Shown here one piece after another: positions 1 through 9,857 of a DNA stretch of 24,485 nt. Both the position numbers and the translations under genes were made by a program. The stretch's first letter is position 1. Each line of letters begins with the position of its first letter. The DNA comes from a virus (taxonomy: Duplodnaviria; Caudoviricetes). The stretch lies in IMG/VR virus record IMGVR_UViG_3300030372_004203, positions 1 through 24,485 of that record. One strand, given 5' to 3'. Below the pieces are notes generated by a model, which was not told the origin of the DNA, did no database searches, and was given only the letters and a program-made list of their open reading frames with translations.

Positions 1-2
1 TG

Positions 3-3000
3 ACCATCAAAGATAAATTTGTAATCATTTTTAACTAAACTCATCTTTGGATGTTCATGTTGTCCATCATATGTATGACCTAGGAATACACCATCTTGAG
101 CAAACCCTCCCTCATTACTGTATATAGAACCACTATCTCCTATTTTTAAATCACCTTCAATCTTAACGTTTCCATCAGACTGTAATTTAATTTTATCACC
201 TATACTAAATATATCATTATCCCAAGTGACTAAATCATCTCCTTCAGCATTTGTAAGTTTCATTACTGAACCATTAGCATTTAAACCAAAATAAGTTCTC
301 CAATAATTACCATCATGAACGCCAAATGCATCACTTCCAGCAAAGAATCCTGGATTTCCACTAGGACTTGCAGGTAAGGCAAGGCTAGAATCCATCATTA
401 AAATAACTTCATCAAGATACGCATATAATGAAGAATCAGCGTCATTCTCACTATCATCATTTTCATCTACAACTAAATACGGCTCAACATATTTAGGTTC
501 ACCACTTATTGAAAATCCATCTTGATCGTGGTCATACCATGTAAGATTTGAAGGTACTGTATATGTTCCTGTAGCTTCATGCCAACTATCAGTTGCACTA
601 GCACTTGGACAAAAAGATTTCCAAGTATATTGTTCTTCAGGGACTTGCCCAAAAAACTTTAATCCCCATTTAATATGCCCAATAGGAGGAACTCCATCTG
701 TCCATGTAGATTCAGGTATATAATACCAATATTTACCTGTAAATTTCATTCCAGGTACTACAGGGAATCTTCTTCTTTCATTTTGTAGATCAGCAAGATA
801 AACAACAGTAGGAGAATGAGATTGTGAATGTATAGATTCTATTCTCATAGAATGACTACCATTATATACAATTGTGGTATTTTTTTCAACTTGTGATGGT
901 GTATGGGTATACCATAATTGCATATCAGTATAATCAGAGGCAGGCGCTGGTTCAAATTCCATATCCCAGTCATCTCCAACTATATTTCCAGGAAATGCCT
1001 GAGAAATAAGTTCTGCTGCTTGATAATTAGATAAATTGTCTAAATTTGGTATATCATTAATTTGGTCTTGAAGATTAGTATCTGCATTTTGTAAACTTTC
1101 TAATTCAGCAGATAATAGGTCTCCTTCTACATATAGTATTCCATTGACTATTAATTCACTTCCACTCCAAGATAATCCTATGTTGCTATTATTTGTGTCC
1201 CAATCACTAACTGTCTCTCCAACTCCATCTCCAAGAATTTGTAAGTCAGAACCTAATCTCATAGAGCCATCTTTAAATATTTCTACTTTTTTAGTTCCAC
1301 CTGAATATATATTTAATGGAGTGTTCCATAATCTAATACCATCTTGTTGGTCAAAAGTTAAACCTTTCATATTGGTTGTACTTTCAGTGCAATCATCAGA
1401 TAAAATCATTCCAAAGTTATCATCATCACTAGCATTATAATCTGCTAAACTACGTAAATTTCCTATAGTAATTATCTTTTTAGCAGCATTCCAGGTTGTA
1501 TCTCCATCCTTTGCTGCATTTAATGATATTCTTGGGCCATATGTGTTAAAAACAGAGCCTGTAGAGGTTATTTCTATAAATCCTTTACTTTTGTTATTTC
1601 CTAAGTTATATAATACAACAGCAGCATCTTTAGCTTTCCAAGCATTAGCTCCTGTTCCATCACCATTTCTAGTATGTATTTCATATTTATAACTTGGAGC
1701 ATCTGCCGTTCCTACGCTTACAGGCGCTATATCTTTCGTTCTAATTGCTTCAAACTGTACATCTCCTACAATGTAATCATACTCACCAGTTGATTCATCA
1801 GAGCCAGATAATTCAGATTTTTGTAAAAATACCCAAGCATTCCTAAAATTAGGGTCATCATGTTCAAAATATATATAATCTGTTGTACCAGAAGCTAAAT
1901 CATCAGATAACTTAGATGTTGGAGCAACCCTTAATTGTCCACCTATTGTAGACTGAATATTCATTGCCATTATATTTTGTACAACTAATTCTCCAGCATG
2001 AATACTAGCAAATTGTCTATCAATATCTCCTAAATGAGTAAGTAAATTACCCTTTGGCAAGACATAACCTTCTTCAGTATCAACATTTTCAATATTTGGT
2101 TTTAATTGTATATTACCTTTAGCTTCAAGTAGTAGATTTCCACTTGTGTCTACTTTAAAATCAAAATAATTAGATTCATTATAGGCTATTCTTAACTGAC
2201 CTGTATCACTATTATCTTGAAATACTACAGGAGGAATGCCATCAACATGATCTGTGGCATCATAATGATATTTATCATCGCTTACACCATCACTTATTAT
2301 ACTTCTTTTAACAGATAATCCAGCAGTAAATTTAGTTGGTCCATGAACAATAGTCGTATTATCATAATCTTCATTAGCATTACCTGCTGTATTAAGGTTA
2401 TCTGTATTTAATTTTACATTTCTCTCTAAATCTACGTGATTTGGCTGAGTTTCTGCATAACCTACTGTTAGATTACCATCTAATTCCATATCTCCTGAGA
2501 CTTCTAAAGCATTACTTCCAGATCCAGTTGTAGGTCCATTAATAAATAAAGTTTTACCAGCTCCTGCTGTACCAATTGTTTGATTTTCAGTCCAAGTATA
2601 TGCATATCCAGTATTAAGTTTATGCGTATGATCCCATCTTGCAGCAACATCTTGATCACCTGTATCACCTGGATCTCCACTAACCATAGTTGCTGAACCA
2701 CCATGACTGTCTGGAGCTAAAGGAAAATGTATATTATTTATATGAGTAGGGTCATCTATTGTAACTACTCCAGTATTATAGTCATCTTGATCTAATTGAA
2801 TAGGATTTTGTAATACCCAGTGATTATGTTTGTGGTCTCCTCTTGCAACTAATGTAGATAAACCAGCATCTCCAATTTGAGAGGCTATATCATTATTATA
2901 AGCTAAGCTTTCAAAGGTTACGTCTTTTATTGTTATAAAAGCACCATCATCAATACCGAATCCGCTTTCATCGTGTACAGCCTCTGTAGCCTCTGGGTTT

Positions 3001-3278
3001 TTTGCTTGAAGTGTCAGTCTTGTTGTAGCCCAACCATCTTCGAATCTTGCTTGAAGAAAATAGCCAGTAGAACCATCTGAACCATGGCCTTTGTATAATT
3101 TTATATCACCTGAAGAACCTAAGTGTGTTTTAGCTGAAGAAGTACCACTAGGGTTATTTGCTCCATCAGAAACTTTATTTATGTCTTTATATACTGTATC
3201 TAACGCTCTTTGTATTGCTGGATCATCAACTTTAGGGGCACTTTTCCCTATTTTTCCTATACCTTCTCTTACTGCCAT
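3..3278 (-). CDS. Large tail/receptor-binding structural protein, 3'-truncated by the window edge (>=1092 aa); not in the ORF track
   Basis: Hand translation from the ATG at 3278, which overlaps the upstream TAA (TAATG): MAVREGIGKIGKSAPKVDDPAIQRALDTVYKDINK... stays open to ...SLVKNDYKFIFDG at the edge. The protein is G/D/N/T/S-rich and beta-strand-like, with a carbohydrate-binding-module-like segment at about 400-990. It follows the tail nozzle gene. Confidence 0.85.
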   Translation of the reverse strand, partial: MAVREGIGKIGKSAPKVDDPAIQRALDTVYKDINKVSDGANNPSGTSSAKTHLGSSGDIKLYKGHGSDGSTGYFLQARFEDGWATTRLTLQAKNPEATEAVHDESGFGIDDGAFITIKDVTFESLAYNNDIASQIGDAGLSTLVARGDHKHNHWVLQNPIQLDQDDYNTGVVTIDDPTHINNIHFPLAPDSHGGSATMVSGDPGDTGDQDVAARWDHTHKLNTGYAYTWTENQTIGTAGAGKTLFINGPTTGSGSNALEVSGDMELDGNLTVGYAETQPNHVDLERNVKLNTDNLNTAGNANEDYDNTTIVHGPTKFTAGLSVKRSIISDGVSDDKYHYDATDHVDGIPPVVFQDNSDTGQLRIAYNESNYFDFKVDTSGNLLLEAKGNIQLKPNIENVDTEEGYVLPKGNLLTHLGDIDRQFASIHAGELVVQNIMAMNIQSTIGGQLRVAPTSKLSDDLASGTTDYIYFEHDDPNFRNAWVFLQKSELSGSDESTGEYDYIVGDVQFEAIRTKDIAPVSVGTADAPSYKYEIHTRNGDGTGANAWKAKDAAVVLYNLGNNKSKGFIEITSTGSVFNTYGPRISLNAAKDGDTTWNAAKKIITIGNLRSLADYNASDDDNFGMILSDDCTESTTNMKGLTFDQQDGIRLWNTPLNIYSGGTKKVEIFKDGSMRLGSDLQILGDGVGETVSDWDTNNSNIGLSWSGSELIVNGILYVEGDLLSAELESLQNADTNLQDQINDIPNLDNLSNYQAAELISQAFPGNIVGDDWDMEFEPAPASDYTDMQLWYTHTPSQVEKNTTIVYNGSHSMRIESIHSQSHSPTVVYLADLQNERRRFPVVPGMKFTGKYWYYIPESTWTDGVPPIGHIKWGLKFFGQVPEEQYTWKSFCPSASATDSWHEATGTYTVPSNLTWYDHDQDGFSISGEPKYVEPYLVVDENDDSENDADSSLYAYLDEVILMMDSSLALPASPSGNPGFFAGSDAFGVHDGNYWRTYFGLNANGSVMKLTNAEGDDLVTWDNDIFSIGDKIKLQSDGNVKIEGDLKIGDSGSIYSNEGGFAQDGVFLGHTYDGQHEHPKMSLVKNDYKFIFDG

Positions 3279-6200
3279 TAATCTACCTTACGCATAGTAT
3301 AAGTTATACCTATTGAATCTATTTCTACATTAGAATCAACTAATTCAAGCCTTATTTTTTTAGTTTTATTAGTAGGCATCTTATATTCTCTCTCATGCTC
3401 TTCATCTTTAAACCTTTTGTTATCAGGTGATCCAGAAGTATGTGTAGGATGAGTTACTGTGTATAGTAAAACATCATCAGAATAAACATTCATTGTAAAA
3501 TTAGCTGCTGCTACTTCACTAGCGTTATTAAATATTAATTTAATCTTTTTAATCTTCTTATCTATAGTAGAATAACCTAAATCTATATTAGGTGTATGAT
3601 GAGTCCATTTAGCTCTTGTTTCGCTTTCATTTAATTCATACAAATAACTTCCATCAGATAGGAATCTTTCACCGTATTTACCTTGAACAAAAGCTTTAGG
3701 ATTGGGTATATCAACTAAATCCCATCTATTTCTAGGTATATTATAGTTCCATGAACCTTTTTCTCCATCAATATCTTCCCACATAAATAATACTGTTTGA
3801 TTAAAAGCATCATATGCAACATATGGATCATAAGCATGGTTTATATTGTGCCAGTTTTTCTTTGTTAAGGCTGGACCTAATTCATCATACTTTGAATTTT
3901 TTAAAACATCTGTACCTATAGGTGTTACTTTAGCTCCATTATGCATATACATATTATTAGAATCGCAAAAATACAATCCAAAATCAGTTACTATACTAGA
4001 TTGTTCTCCAAAACATCCAACACCTGCATGTTCATCCTCTATTACTAAAGTATTAGGATCTATTTTGTATAAATTAGCTCTGTCAAATACATATAATCTT
4101 CCAGCCCAATACGCCATAGATGTAGGTTGATTTGGGAGAATTAAGAAGTCTCTAGACCAATTAAATATACTATAGTTTCCTGGTTGACTTCTAAATATAA
4201 AGTTTTGTCCATTTTCTATTTCTTTATGATAGCAATTACCTACAAATAGATACCCACCAGCAGCAGTACTAATACTATAATTTACATTAGTATCTCTTAA
4301 AGATTCAGGCATACCAGTTACAGCTTCATATGTAGCTCCTAATATTCCATTGTCTATTTCAACCTTGAACCAACTTTCTCCAGATTTACCCCAACCTTGT
4401 GATAAGTCTATCTCTGATACCATTCTATAAAAGTCTTCAACATTATTTTTTCTGTATATAACTATATGAGTAGCTCTTGGAGGTGGTTGATCTAACTTTA
4501 CTGACATTACAGCTGTTAAGCAATTATCTGTAGGAACATATGCAAAATTATAAGTTATAATAGGGCTTTCTTGATAACCATCATACAGTATTGACATTTT
4601 ATAAAAATATGTTTTTCCTAGCTCAAAATTATAGTTATCTCCATCAGTTGTATCACCATCAGATATTACTATACCATAAGTCAATTCACTATGTTCATGA
4701 TATTTAACATAGGTATCTAATAATTGGTCCCCTGTTTCACCACTTGATAATCCACTTGGTGTCGCCCATCCAGTTGCTGCTGCCCAAGTACCTCTTGCAT
4801 TAACATAAACTCCCATTCTTGGTGAAAAGAAGAATTTATGATCAGTACCTGAATATGGGTCATATTGTGCAAATGTTGAGCAACCCATATCTTCTAATAT
4901 CATAGGAGTATGATCATTACCAGAATGAGCGCCAATAGAGAATTTCTTTTGTATTGGAGATGTACCACTTCTAGATGGATATTCATATGTATATTTTTGC
5001 AATGTTGTTACATTAGAATTATTGCCCCTTACAGACACAAAAAATATAGGATTATACGCTCCATGAGAACTAAACAAAAACTTACTAAAATACACTACTT
5101 TTGATATATTGTCAGGCATTTGGTTTATGTCACTGTAACCAGGGTAAGTAGTTTCTGATGTTGAATTTTCAAATCCTTGAGCCATCATATTATATTCATC
5201 ATTGCCATCATAATTATATGCAGAGTATCTATATGCATAATCAGAAGTATTATTTATTGCACTTGGGCCACCAATTGAATTTGTAATAGTATCAGCAACT
5301 CTTCTATGTCTAACACCTTTATGTTCATAATCTAAAAAGAACATCATAATCTCATTAAAATCTTCTGTACTAGCATTTCTTGATGGATATATATAATACT
5401 TTCTGTCTGGCCAATTACTATTAGGACTTAATCTTGCAGTAGTGAGTTTACCGCAATCTGTAACATATCTAGCTTTTAATTGAGCTACCATTCCTACTCT
5501 ATGATCTTCTTCTAAATCAACTAATCCGTACCTATGAGGAGTAATTTCATAATCTGAATTTTGATCAAATCCACCATTATATCCTAAATCCCAGTCACTT
5601 ATAGTTGTTGTTCTATCCCAATGTCTAGCATTTAACGAATTCCAACTCTGGTCTTCAGTTCCACCTAAATCATCACATTTCCTATAATAGAATTTATTTT
5701 GCCTACAACTCCAAGTACCTTCATGACAAACATAAGGAAAATGATCAAAATCTATTTTATGTGTAACCCCATCTACATATACAGCTCTACTTGATCCACT
5801 TCCACCACTCCAAGCTTGTTCTCTTTTCATTTTTAAAGCAGGAGGAGTATGAGTCTTAGCAGAAACAGAAGCACCATTCCAAACTATATCAGATACTCTA
5901 AAAGAATAAACAAACTCTTGGTCCCAAGTAAAAGGTGTATAATCTTTATTTGCATATAATACCCAAACTCTATATTGATCATCAGCTCCTGCATCAGCAT
6001 CATAAGTCTCTATAACGTCTGCTATTCTTGCTCCTGGAGGAGGCGGTTGATCAAAATTTAAATCAATTGGTAAGGTAAATGTTTCAGCTTCTATGGTAGG
6101 TCCAGTTAAATCAAATTTTGTTTTAACCATTCTTATTGAATCTCTATGTTTATCGCCAGCCCACCAATAAGCAAAATCTGCTGAATGAGTATGATTTTCT

Positions 6201-7792
6201 ACCCATATATCTTGGCTATCTATATTCCATTTTGCATCATTTATTGTTCTATTTTGTTGATATGCCCATTTACTAGGAGTTATACTTGAAGGCGTAAATA
6301 TTAATCCATTATCTGCTTTAAATTGTTTTCCTAGATTTGAGTTTGTATCAGAATCTGGATCTGCAGTATCTTGATTGTCTATGCCAAATATATGCATTTG
6401 TCCATCTGCTATGCCATAAACTCTATCAGTTGTCATAGCTTGATCAGCTGAACCATTTAATGCTGCGTGTCTATTATATGAAATTTGCATTAGATTAAAT
6501 ACAGCTGCTCCATCATCTAGAGGGTACACTTCTGCATCTTCTAATCTATATTCGTCTAATGTGTGATTAAATTGTTTATGGTCAATTTTACCAAACCATT
6601 TACTTTTTGCTCCTTCTGTATTCCCTATACCCACATACACATCAGCGTTCTTTTTAGTTAAAGTAACATCATCAGGTTGATTTGGAATATCAAAATAATC
6701 TGGTTCACCAGCTACTGAGTTTGAATCTATTTCAAATTTATCACCATAATAATCTTCAATAACTTTCATCCTATATGTTGTTCCAGCCCCAGTATCAGTT
6801 GTTGGGTCATATCCAGGATGGCTAGTGTCATTTTCTGTTATAGAATAATAAGCTAGATTATGTTTACCTTCAAATAATGCAAATTCCATTTCAGTTGCAT
6901 TTACATTTAAAAATTCAGTTTTATCTTGTAAAGAATAGTAAGGAGATGCTGAGACTCCAGTTTGTAAGACCTCATTTTCTGTATTAGCATATAAAGTGTC
7001 TGTATAATAATCTTTAGTTACAGTTCCATCAGCATTATCTGGAGCTTGAACATAAATGCCCATATTTTTAACATTCCATTGAGTACCACCTGTATCATCA
7101 TATTTATCATCAACTTCTATCTCGAATGCTCTAAAAGGAGGCATTAAAAGTTCTGGAACTGCTGCTCCAGCATCATATGTTTCACCACCATATGTTGTTT
7201 CTTCTATAAATTGTTCTCGATTATTTTCTTCACTCCATTCTGTCTCTTCTGATGGATATGGATATGTAGAACCTAATCCCATTACGCCTCTTATAAGATT
7301 TACAGTCATAACTGGTCTTACTTGAGCTTCTAAAGTACTTTTTATATTGTTATAAATATAATCATTATGTGATCTTAAAATTTCTGCATCTGTAGGAGTT
7401 CCAGGTAAACTAAAGCTTGGTATAGGTATGTTTATTTCATAGTCTGCAGAACCTAAGCCTCTATGATTAAATACAATCTTAAAATCATATCCTAAATATC
7501 TATTTCCAGCAGAATCTTTATGCAAATCTGCTGAATTTGGATCAGCCAAAACGGAAGTCCAATTATCAGGCCAACCAGTGTAACCAGCAGGAGCTGGAGT
7601 AGGATAAACTTTAAATGTAAGTCCACCCGCAACAATCTTAACATGCTCTTTGTTACCCTTTAATTTTCCTTCTTCTGAAAAAGGGTCTATATTTTTGCTA
7701 TAAATAGCAGATTCTTCTTGAACATCTGTATCAGAAGTAGAACTCTTTGTTCCATTAATAAATCTTCTTAATTCCTTTATTTGCTTAGGCAT
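3278..7792 (-). CDS. Tail nozzle / DNA-stabilisation protein (tail tubular protein B / P22 gp10-like beta-propeller) with large insertions, 1504 aa
   Basis: The N-terminus (F-x-x-G...D......N-I-D) and C-terminal region (GRLYVFD, GVGCFGEQSSIVTDFGLYFCDSNNMY, WTHHTPNIDLGYSTIDKKIKKIKL, IDSIGITY) resemble podovirus nozzle proteins; it lies in the tail module. Confidence 0.7.
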   Translation of the reverse strand: MPKQIKELRRFINGTKSSTSDTDVQEESAIYSKNIDPFSEEGKLKGNKEHVKIVAGGLTFKVYPTPAPAGYTGWPDNWTSVLADPNSADLHKDSAGNRYLGYDFKIVFNHRGLGSADYEINIPIPSFSLPGTPTDAEILRSHNDYIYNNIKSTLEAQVRPVMTVNLIRGVMGLGSTYPYPSEETEWSEENNREQFIEETTYGGETYDAGAAVPELLMPPFRAFEIEVDDKYDDTGGTQWNVKNMGIYVQAPDNADGTVTKDYYTDTLYANTENEVLQTGVSASPYYSLQDKTEFLNVNATEMEFALFEGKHNLAYYSITENDTSHPGYDPTTDTGAGTTYRMKVIEDYYGDKFEIDSNSVAGEPDYFDIPNQPDDVTLTKKNADVYVGIGNTEGAKSKWFGKIDHKQFNHTLDEYRLEDAEVYPLDDGAAVFNLMQISYNRHAALNGSADQAMTTDRVYGIADGQMHIFGIDNQDTADPDSDTNSNLGKQFKADNGLIFTPSSITPSKWAYQQNRTINDAKWNIDSQDIWVENHTHSADFAYWWAGDKHRDSIRMVKTKFDLTGPTIEAETFTLPIDLNFDQPPPPGARIADVIETYDADAGADDQYRVWVLYANKDYTPFTWDQEFVYSFRVSDIVWNGASVSAKTHTPPALKMKREQAWSGGSGSSRAVYVDGVTHKIDFDHFPYVCHEGTWSCRQNKFYYRKCDDLGGTEDQSWNSLNARHWDRTTTISDWDLGYNGGFDQNSDYEITPHRYGLVDLEEDHRVGMVAQLKARYVTDCGKLTTARLSPNSNWPDRKYYIYPSRNASTEDFNEIMMFFLDYEHKGVRHRRVADTITNSIGGPSAINNTSDYAYRYSAYNYDGNDEYNMMAQGFENSTSETTYPGYSDINQMPDNISKVVYFSKFLFSSHGAYNPIFFVSVRGNNSNVTTLQKYTYEYPSRSGTSPIQKKFSIGAHSGNDHTPMILEDMGCSTFAQYDPYSGTDHKFFFSPRMGVYVNARGTWAAATGWATPSGLSSGETGDQLLDTYVKYHEHSELTYGIVISDGDTTDGDNYNFELGKTYFYKMSILYDGYQESPIITYNFAYVPTDNCLTAVMSVKLDQPPPRATHIVIYRKNNVEDFYRMVSEIDLSQGWGKSGESWFKVEIDNGILGATYEAVTGMPESLRDTNVNYSISTAAGGYLFVGNCYHKEIENGQNFIFRSQPGNYSIFNWSRDFLILPNQPTSMAYWAGRLYVFDRANLYKIDPNTLVIEDEHAGVGCFGEQSSIVTDFGLYFCDSNNMYMHNGAKVTPIGTDVLKNSKYDELGPALTKKNWHNINHAYDPYVAYDAFNQTVLFMWEDIDGEKGSWNYNIPRNRWDLVDIPNPKAFVQGKYGERFLSDGSYLYELNESETRAKWTHHTPNIDLGYSTIDKKIKKIKLIFNNASEVAAANFTMNVYSDDVLLYTVTHPTHTSGSPDNKRFKDEEHEREYKMPTNKTKKIRLELVDSNVEIDSIGITYTMRKVD

Positions 7793-7982
7793 TTTTATCC
7801 TTACACTTACAATTTTTAGGTGGATGGGCCATTTTTTCTAATAAATTAAGGCGCTTATCCATTTCTTTTACTTTATTGTCCAGTTCATTATCATCAAAAA
7901 CATACGACATTATTTTATCAAGCTTAAAATGTTTAACCATTTGATTTGCTACTGTATTTATAAGCATTTTAGGTATTATCAT
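7785..7982 (-). CDS. Hypothetical protein, 65 aa, short coiled coil with C-terminal CKC
   Basis: ORF track; overlaps neighbours at both ends, consistent with translational coupling. Confidence 0.7.
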   Translation of the reverse strand: MIIPKMLINTVANQMVKHFKLDKIMSYVFDDNELDNKVKEMDKRLNLLEKMAHPPKNCKCKDKNA

Positions 7983-8125
7983 TATATACTACCCCAAAGT
8001 TTTTTAAATACAAGAACTACAATAACTATAAATAAAACGCTAATAACATCTATTGCATGATTTCCACTATCACTTTCGACACTACCTATAGGTGTTTCTA
8101 TTTTAAATCGTTCAGTTTTATTCAT
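7982..8125 (-). CDS. Small membrane protein, 47 aa (not in ORF track)
   Basis: MNKTERFKIETPIGSVESDSGNHAIDVISVLFIVIVVLVFKKLWGSI*. It fills the gap exactly, ends in a TAATG overlap with the next gene, and has one hydrophobic helix followed by KK. Confidence 0.75.
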   Translation of the reverse strand: MNKTERFKIETPIGSVESDSGNHAIDVISVLFIVIVVLVFKKLWGSI

Positions 8126-8426
8126 CGTTCATTCCACCTCTTTCCATCATTCTTAAAAACTTATCTTTTAAGCCATTTCCGCTTAATCTAGCAATAATCT
8201 CTACTTGAGCCTTGAATATACCATTTAATTTCTTTTGTTCCATTTGTACTAGTTTCTGCTGATCAATCAGCTTAATAATAATACCTTCCAACCTCTTGAA
8301 ATCTTGGTCTAGTTCTGTCATTAGAGTCTGTTGTATGAACCGATTTTGCTTCCAAATAAAAAATCCGAACGCCATCGCCACTGCAACTGGTATGCCAAAT
8401 TGCTCCAGTATCTGTAAAATATCCAT
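8118..8426 (-). CDS. Putative holin-like membrane protein, 102 aa (single N-terminal TM plus coiled coil)
   Basis: LEQFGIPVAVAMAFGFFIWKQ hydrophobic segment followed by an amphipathic/coiled-coil region, an architecture like BhlA/YvrJ-type small phage membrane proteins. Confidence 0.55.
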   Translation of the reverse strand: MDILQILEQFGIPVAVAMAFGFFIWKQNRFIQQTLMTELDQDFKRLEGIIIKLIDQQKLVQMEQKKLNGIFKAQVEIIARLSGNGLKDKFLRMMERGGMNDE

Positions 8427-8429
8427 CCA

Positions 8430-9188
8430 TTATCCTTCTATTAACTCTCCGTTCACTATTGCTTTTCCATTGTTTATTTCCACTACTTCAACAAAATGAT
8501 TTTTACCTACATATGTTACAATAGCGAATGCCTGCTTCCAATTCAATGGTCTCCCTTTTGTAAATTTATTATCCTCATAGTCCATATTCTTTAAGCAACC
8601 GATGCTATATGCAGTAATAGGGCCATTTAGTTTACTTTTTGCAGTATATACCTGAATATCATGATGATGACCATACATTACATTACATTTAAATTGATTG
8701 CAATGATTAGCTGCATGATGCATACCACCATATTGATCTCCGTGGTAATAACCTAAATCTCCAATTGTCAAAAATTCTCCTTGAGGATAGTATTTATACC
8801 CTCTTTTATCAAGCTTTAAAGCATCTTTAGTATTATATTGGTCTAAATATGGATACTGCTCTACAAATATATCCATCCAAAATTCGTGGTTACCTTGTAT
8901 AAAGTAACGTTCTTTTACCTTAGCCTTGTCTAGGCTTTTATCTATTATATCCATACCTTTATTAACTTCTTCAATCTCTTGAATAAAGTTAGGTAAATAA
9001 TACTCTAGTCTTGGTGGACCTCCTACTTTTTTAAATTTGTGATGACTAATGCTTTCCCAGTCACCTGTGTCTCCTAAATCAATATATCCATATGGCTTAA
9101 TCTTTTCTATGGCTTTACATACTACTGATATACTCTTTTTATTATGATAAGGAAAGTGCTTATCTGGTGTTACTATATACTTTTTCAA
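8430..9188 (-). CDS. Calcineurin-like metallophosphoesterase, 252 aa (TTG start)
   Basis: Ordered motifs PDKH (DxH), LGDTGD (GDxxD), QGNHE (GNH), YHGD and YGHHH (GHxH). Confidence 0.9.
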   Translation of the reverse strand: MKKYIVTPDKHFPYHNKKSISVVCKAIEKIKPYGYIDLGDTGDWESISHHKFKKVGGPPRLEYYLPNFIQEIEEVNKGMDIIDKSLDKAKVKERYFIQGNHEFWMDIFVEQYPYLDQYNTKDALKLDKRGYKYYPQGEFLTIGDLGYYHGDQYGGMHHAANHCNQFKCNVMYGHHHDIQVYTAKSKLNGPITAYSIGCLKNMDYEDNKFTKGRPLNWKQAFAIVTYVGKNHFVEVVEINNGKAIVNGELIEG

Positions 9189-9514
9189 ATATATTCCTTT
9201 CTAGCAGGCAATTCCCAATCATTTGGATTAGACCAAACTTTTGTACTATTTTCTAAAAGTTCTTCGGTTCTTGCCTTATCTAATTTTAAATGCAAATGAT
9301 CACACGTATCGCATATCCAAAGTAAAACTTCTGAAGAAGCTCCCAATATTTCTAAACCTATTATTTCTTTAGACTTACATTGAGAGCATTCTTTAGGACA
9401 TTCTTCAAAAACAGTTTCATCATCTACACCTATTTCAGATAGTCTAGTTGGACCTTCGGCATTTATTACCAGGTCATGATATACTGTTATTTCTGTAATG
9501 TTTAGTTTAATCAT
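9185..9514 (-). CDS. Zinc-ribbon protein, 109 aa
   Basis: Paired CxxC motifs CSQC ... WICDTCDH; ends overlap both neighbours. Confidence 0.7.
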   Translation of the reverse strand: MIKLNITEITVYHDLVINAEGPTRLSEIGVDDETVFEECPKECSQCKSKEIIGLEILGASSEVLLWICDTCDHLHLKLDKARTEELLENSTKVWSNPNDWELPARKEYI

Positions 9515-9692
9515 TAACTAAAGCATCTTTAACTACTTCTTCAACTGATTCCCAGATAGCTGTAAGTATCTTTTCTTCTGTCTTTTCTGAAATGATAGGA
9601 ATATCAACATTCTCATTCATTTTAGTAATTAGTTTAGCTTTCATTTCATCATTGAATATGTATCCAGCGACTATTTTGCCAAAACCACTCAT
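9507..9692 (-). CDS. Hypothetical protein, 61 aa
   Basis: ORF track; SD AAGGAGG lies just upstream; ATGA overlap with the upstream micro-ORF. Confidence 0.8.
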   Translation of the reverse strand: MSGFGKIVAGYIFNDEMKAKLITKMNENVDIPIISEKTEEKILTAIWESVEEVVKDALVND

Positions 9693-9838
9693 TTTTGAGC
9701 CTCCTTATATATTTTAATTAGCATGTAAGTTAAGGTTGCAAATGCTGCTAGCGCACTAAATAAAGGCGGTACCCATTCAAACCAATATACTGAACTCCCT
9801 GCTACTCCCGTTGCTCCTGTTTTTAGTGTGTCTAACAT
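9689..9838 (-). CDS. Small holin-like membrane protein, 49 aa (not in ORF track)
   Basis: MLDTLKTGATGVAGSSVYWFEWVPPLFSALAAFATLTYMLIKIYKEAQK*. SD AGGGGG upstream; a weakly hydrophobic N-terminal segment, a TM helix and a basic C-terminus, as in small class II-type holins. Confidence 0.7.
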   Translation of the reverse strand: MLDTLKTGATGVAGSSVYWFEWVPPLFSALAAFATLTYMLIKIYKEAQK

Positions 9839-9857
9839 TCTTTCCCCCTATGTTTTA

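Noticed and set aside
1-3278. Apparent 3-kb non-coding gap suggesting stop-codon recoding or a pseudogene
   Set aside because: The region is a single open frame in the standard code; it is missing from the track only because its stop lies outside the window.
1144-5104. Track ORFs 1144-1440(+), 2504-2704(-), 3091-3297(+), 3846-4130(+) and 4910-5104(+)
   Set aside because: All lie antisense to, or out of frame within, long minus-strand structural genes and have no convincing SD or protein-like composition.
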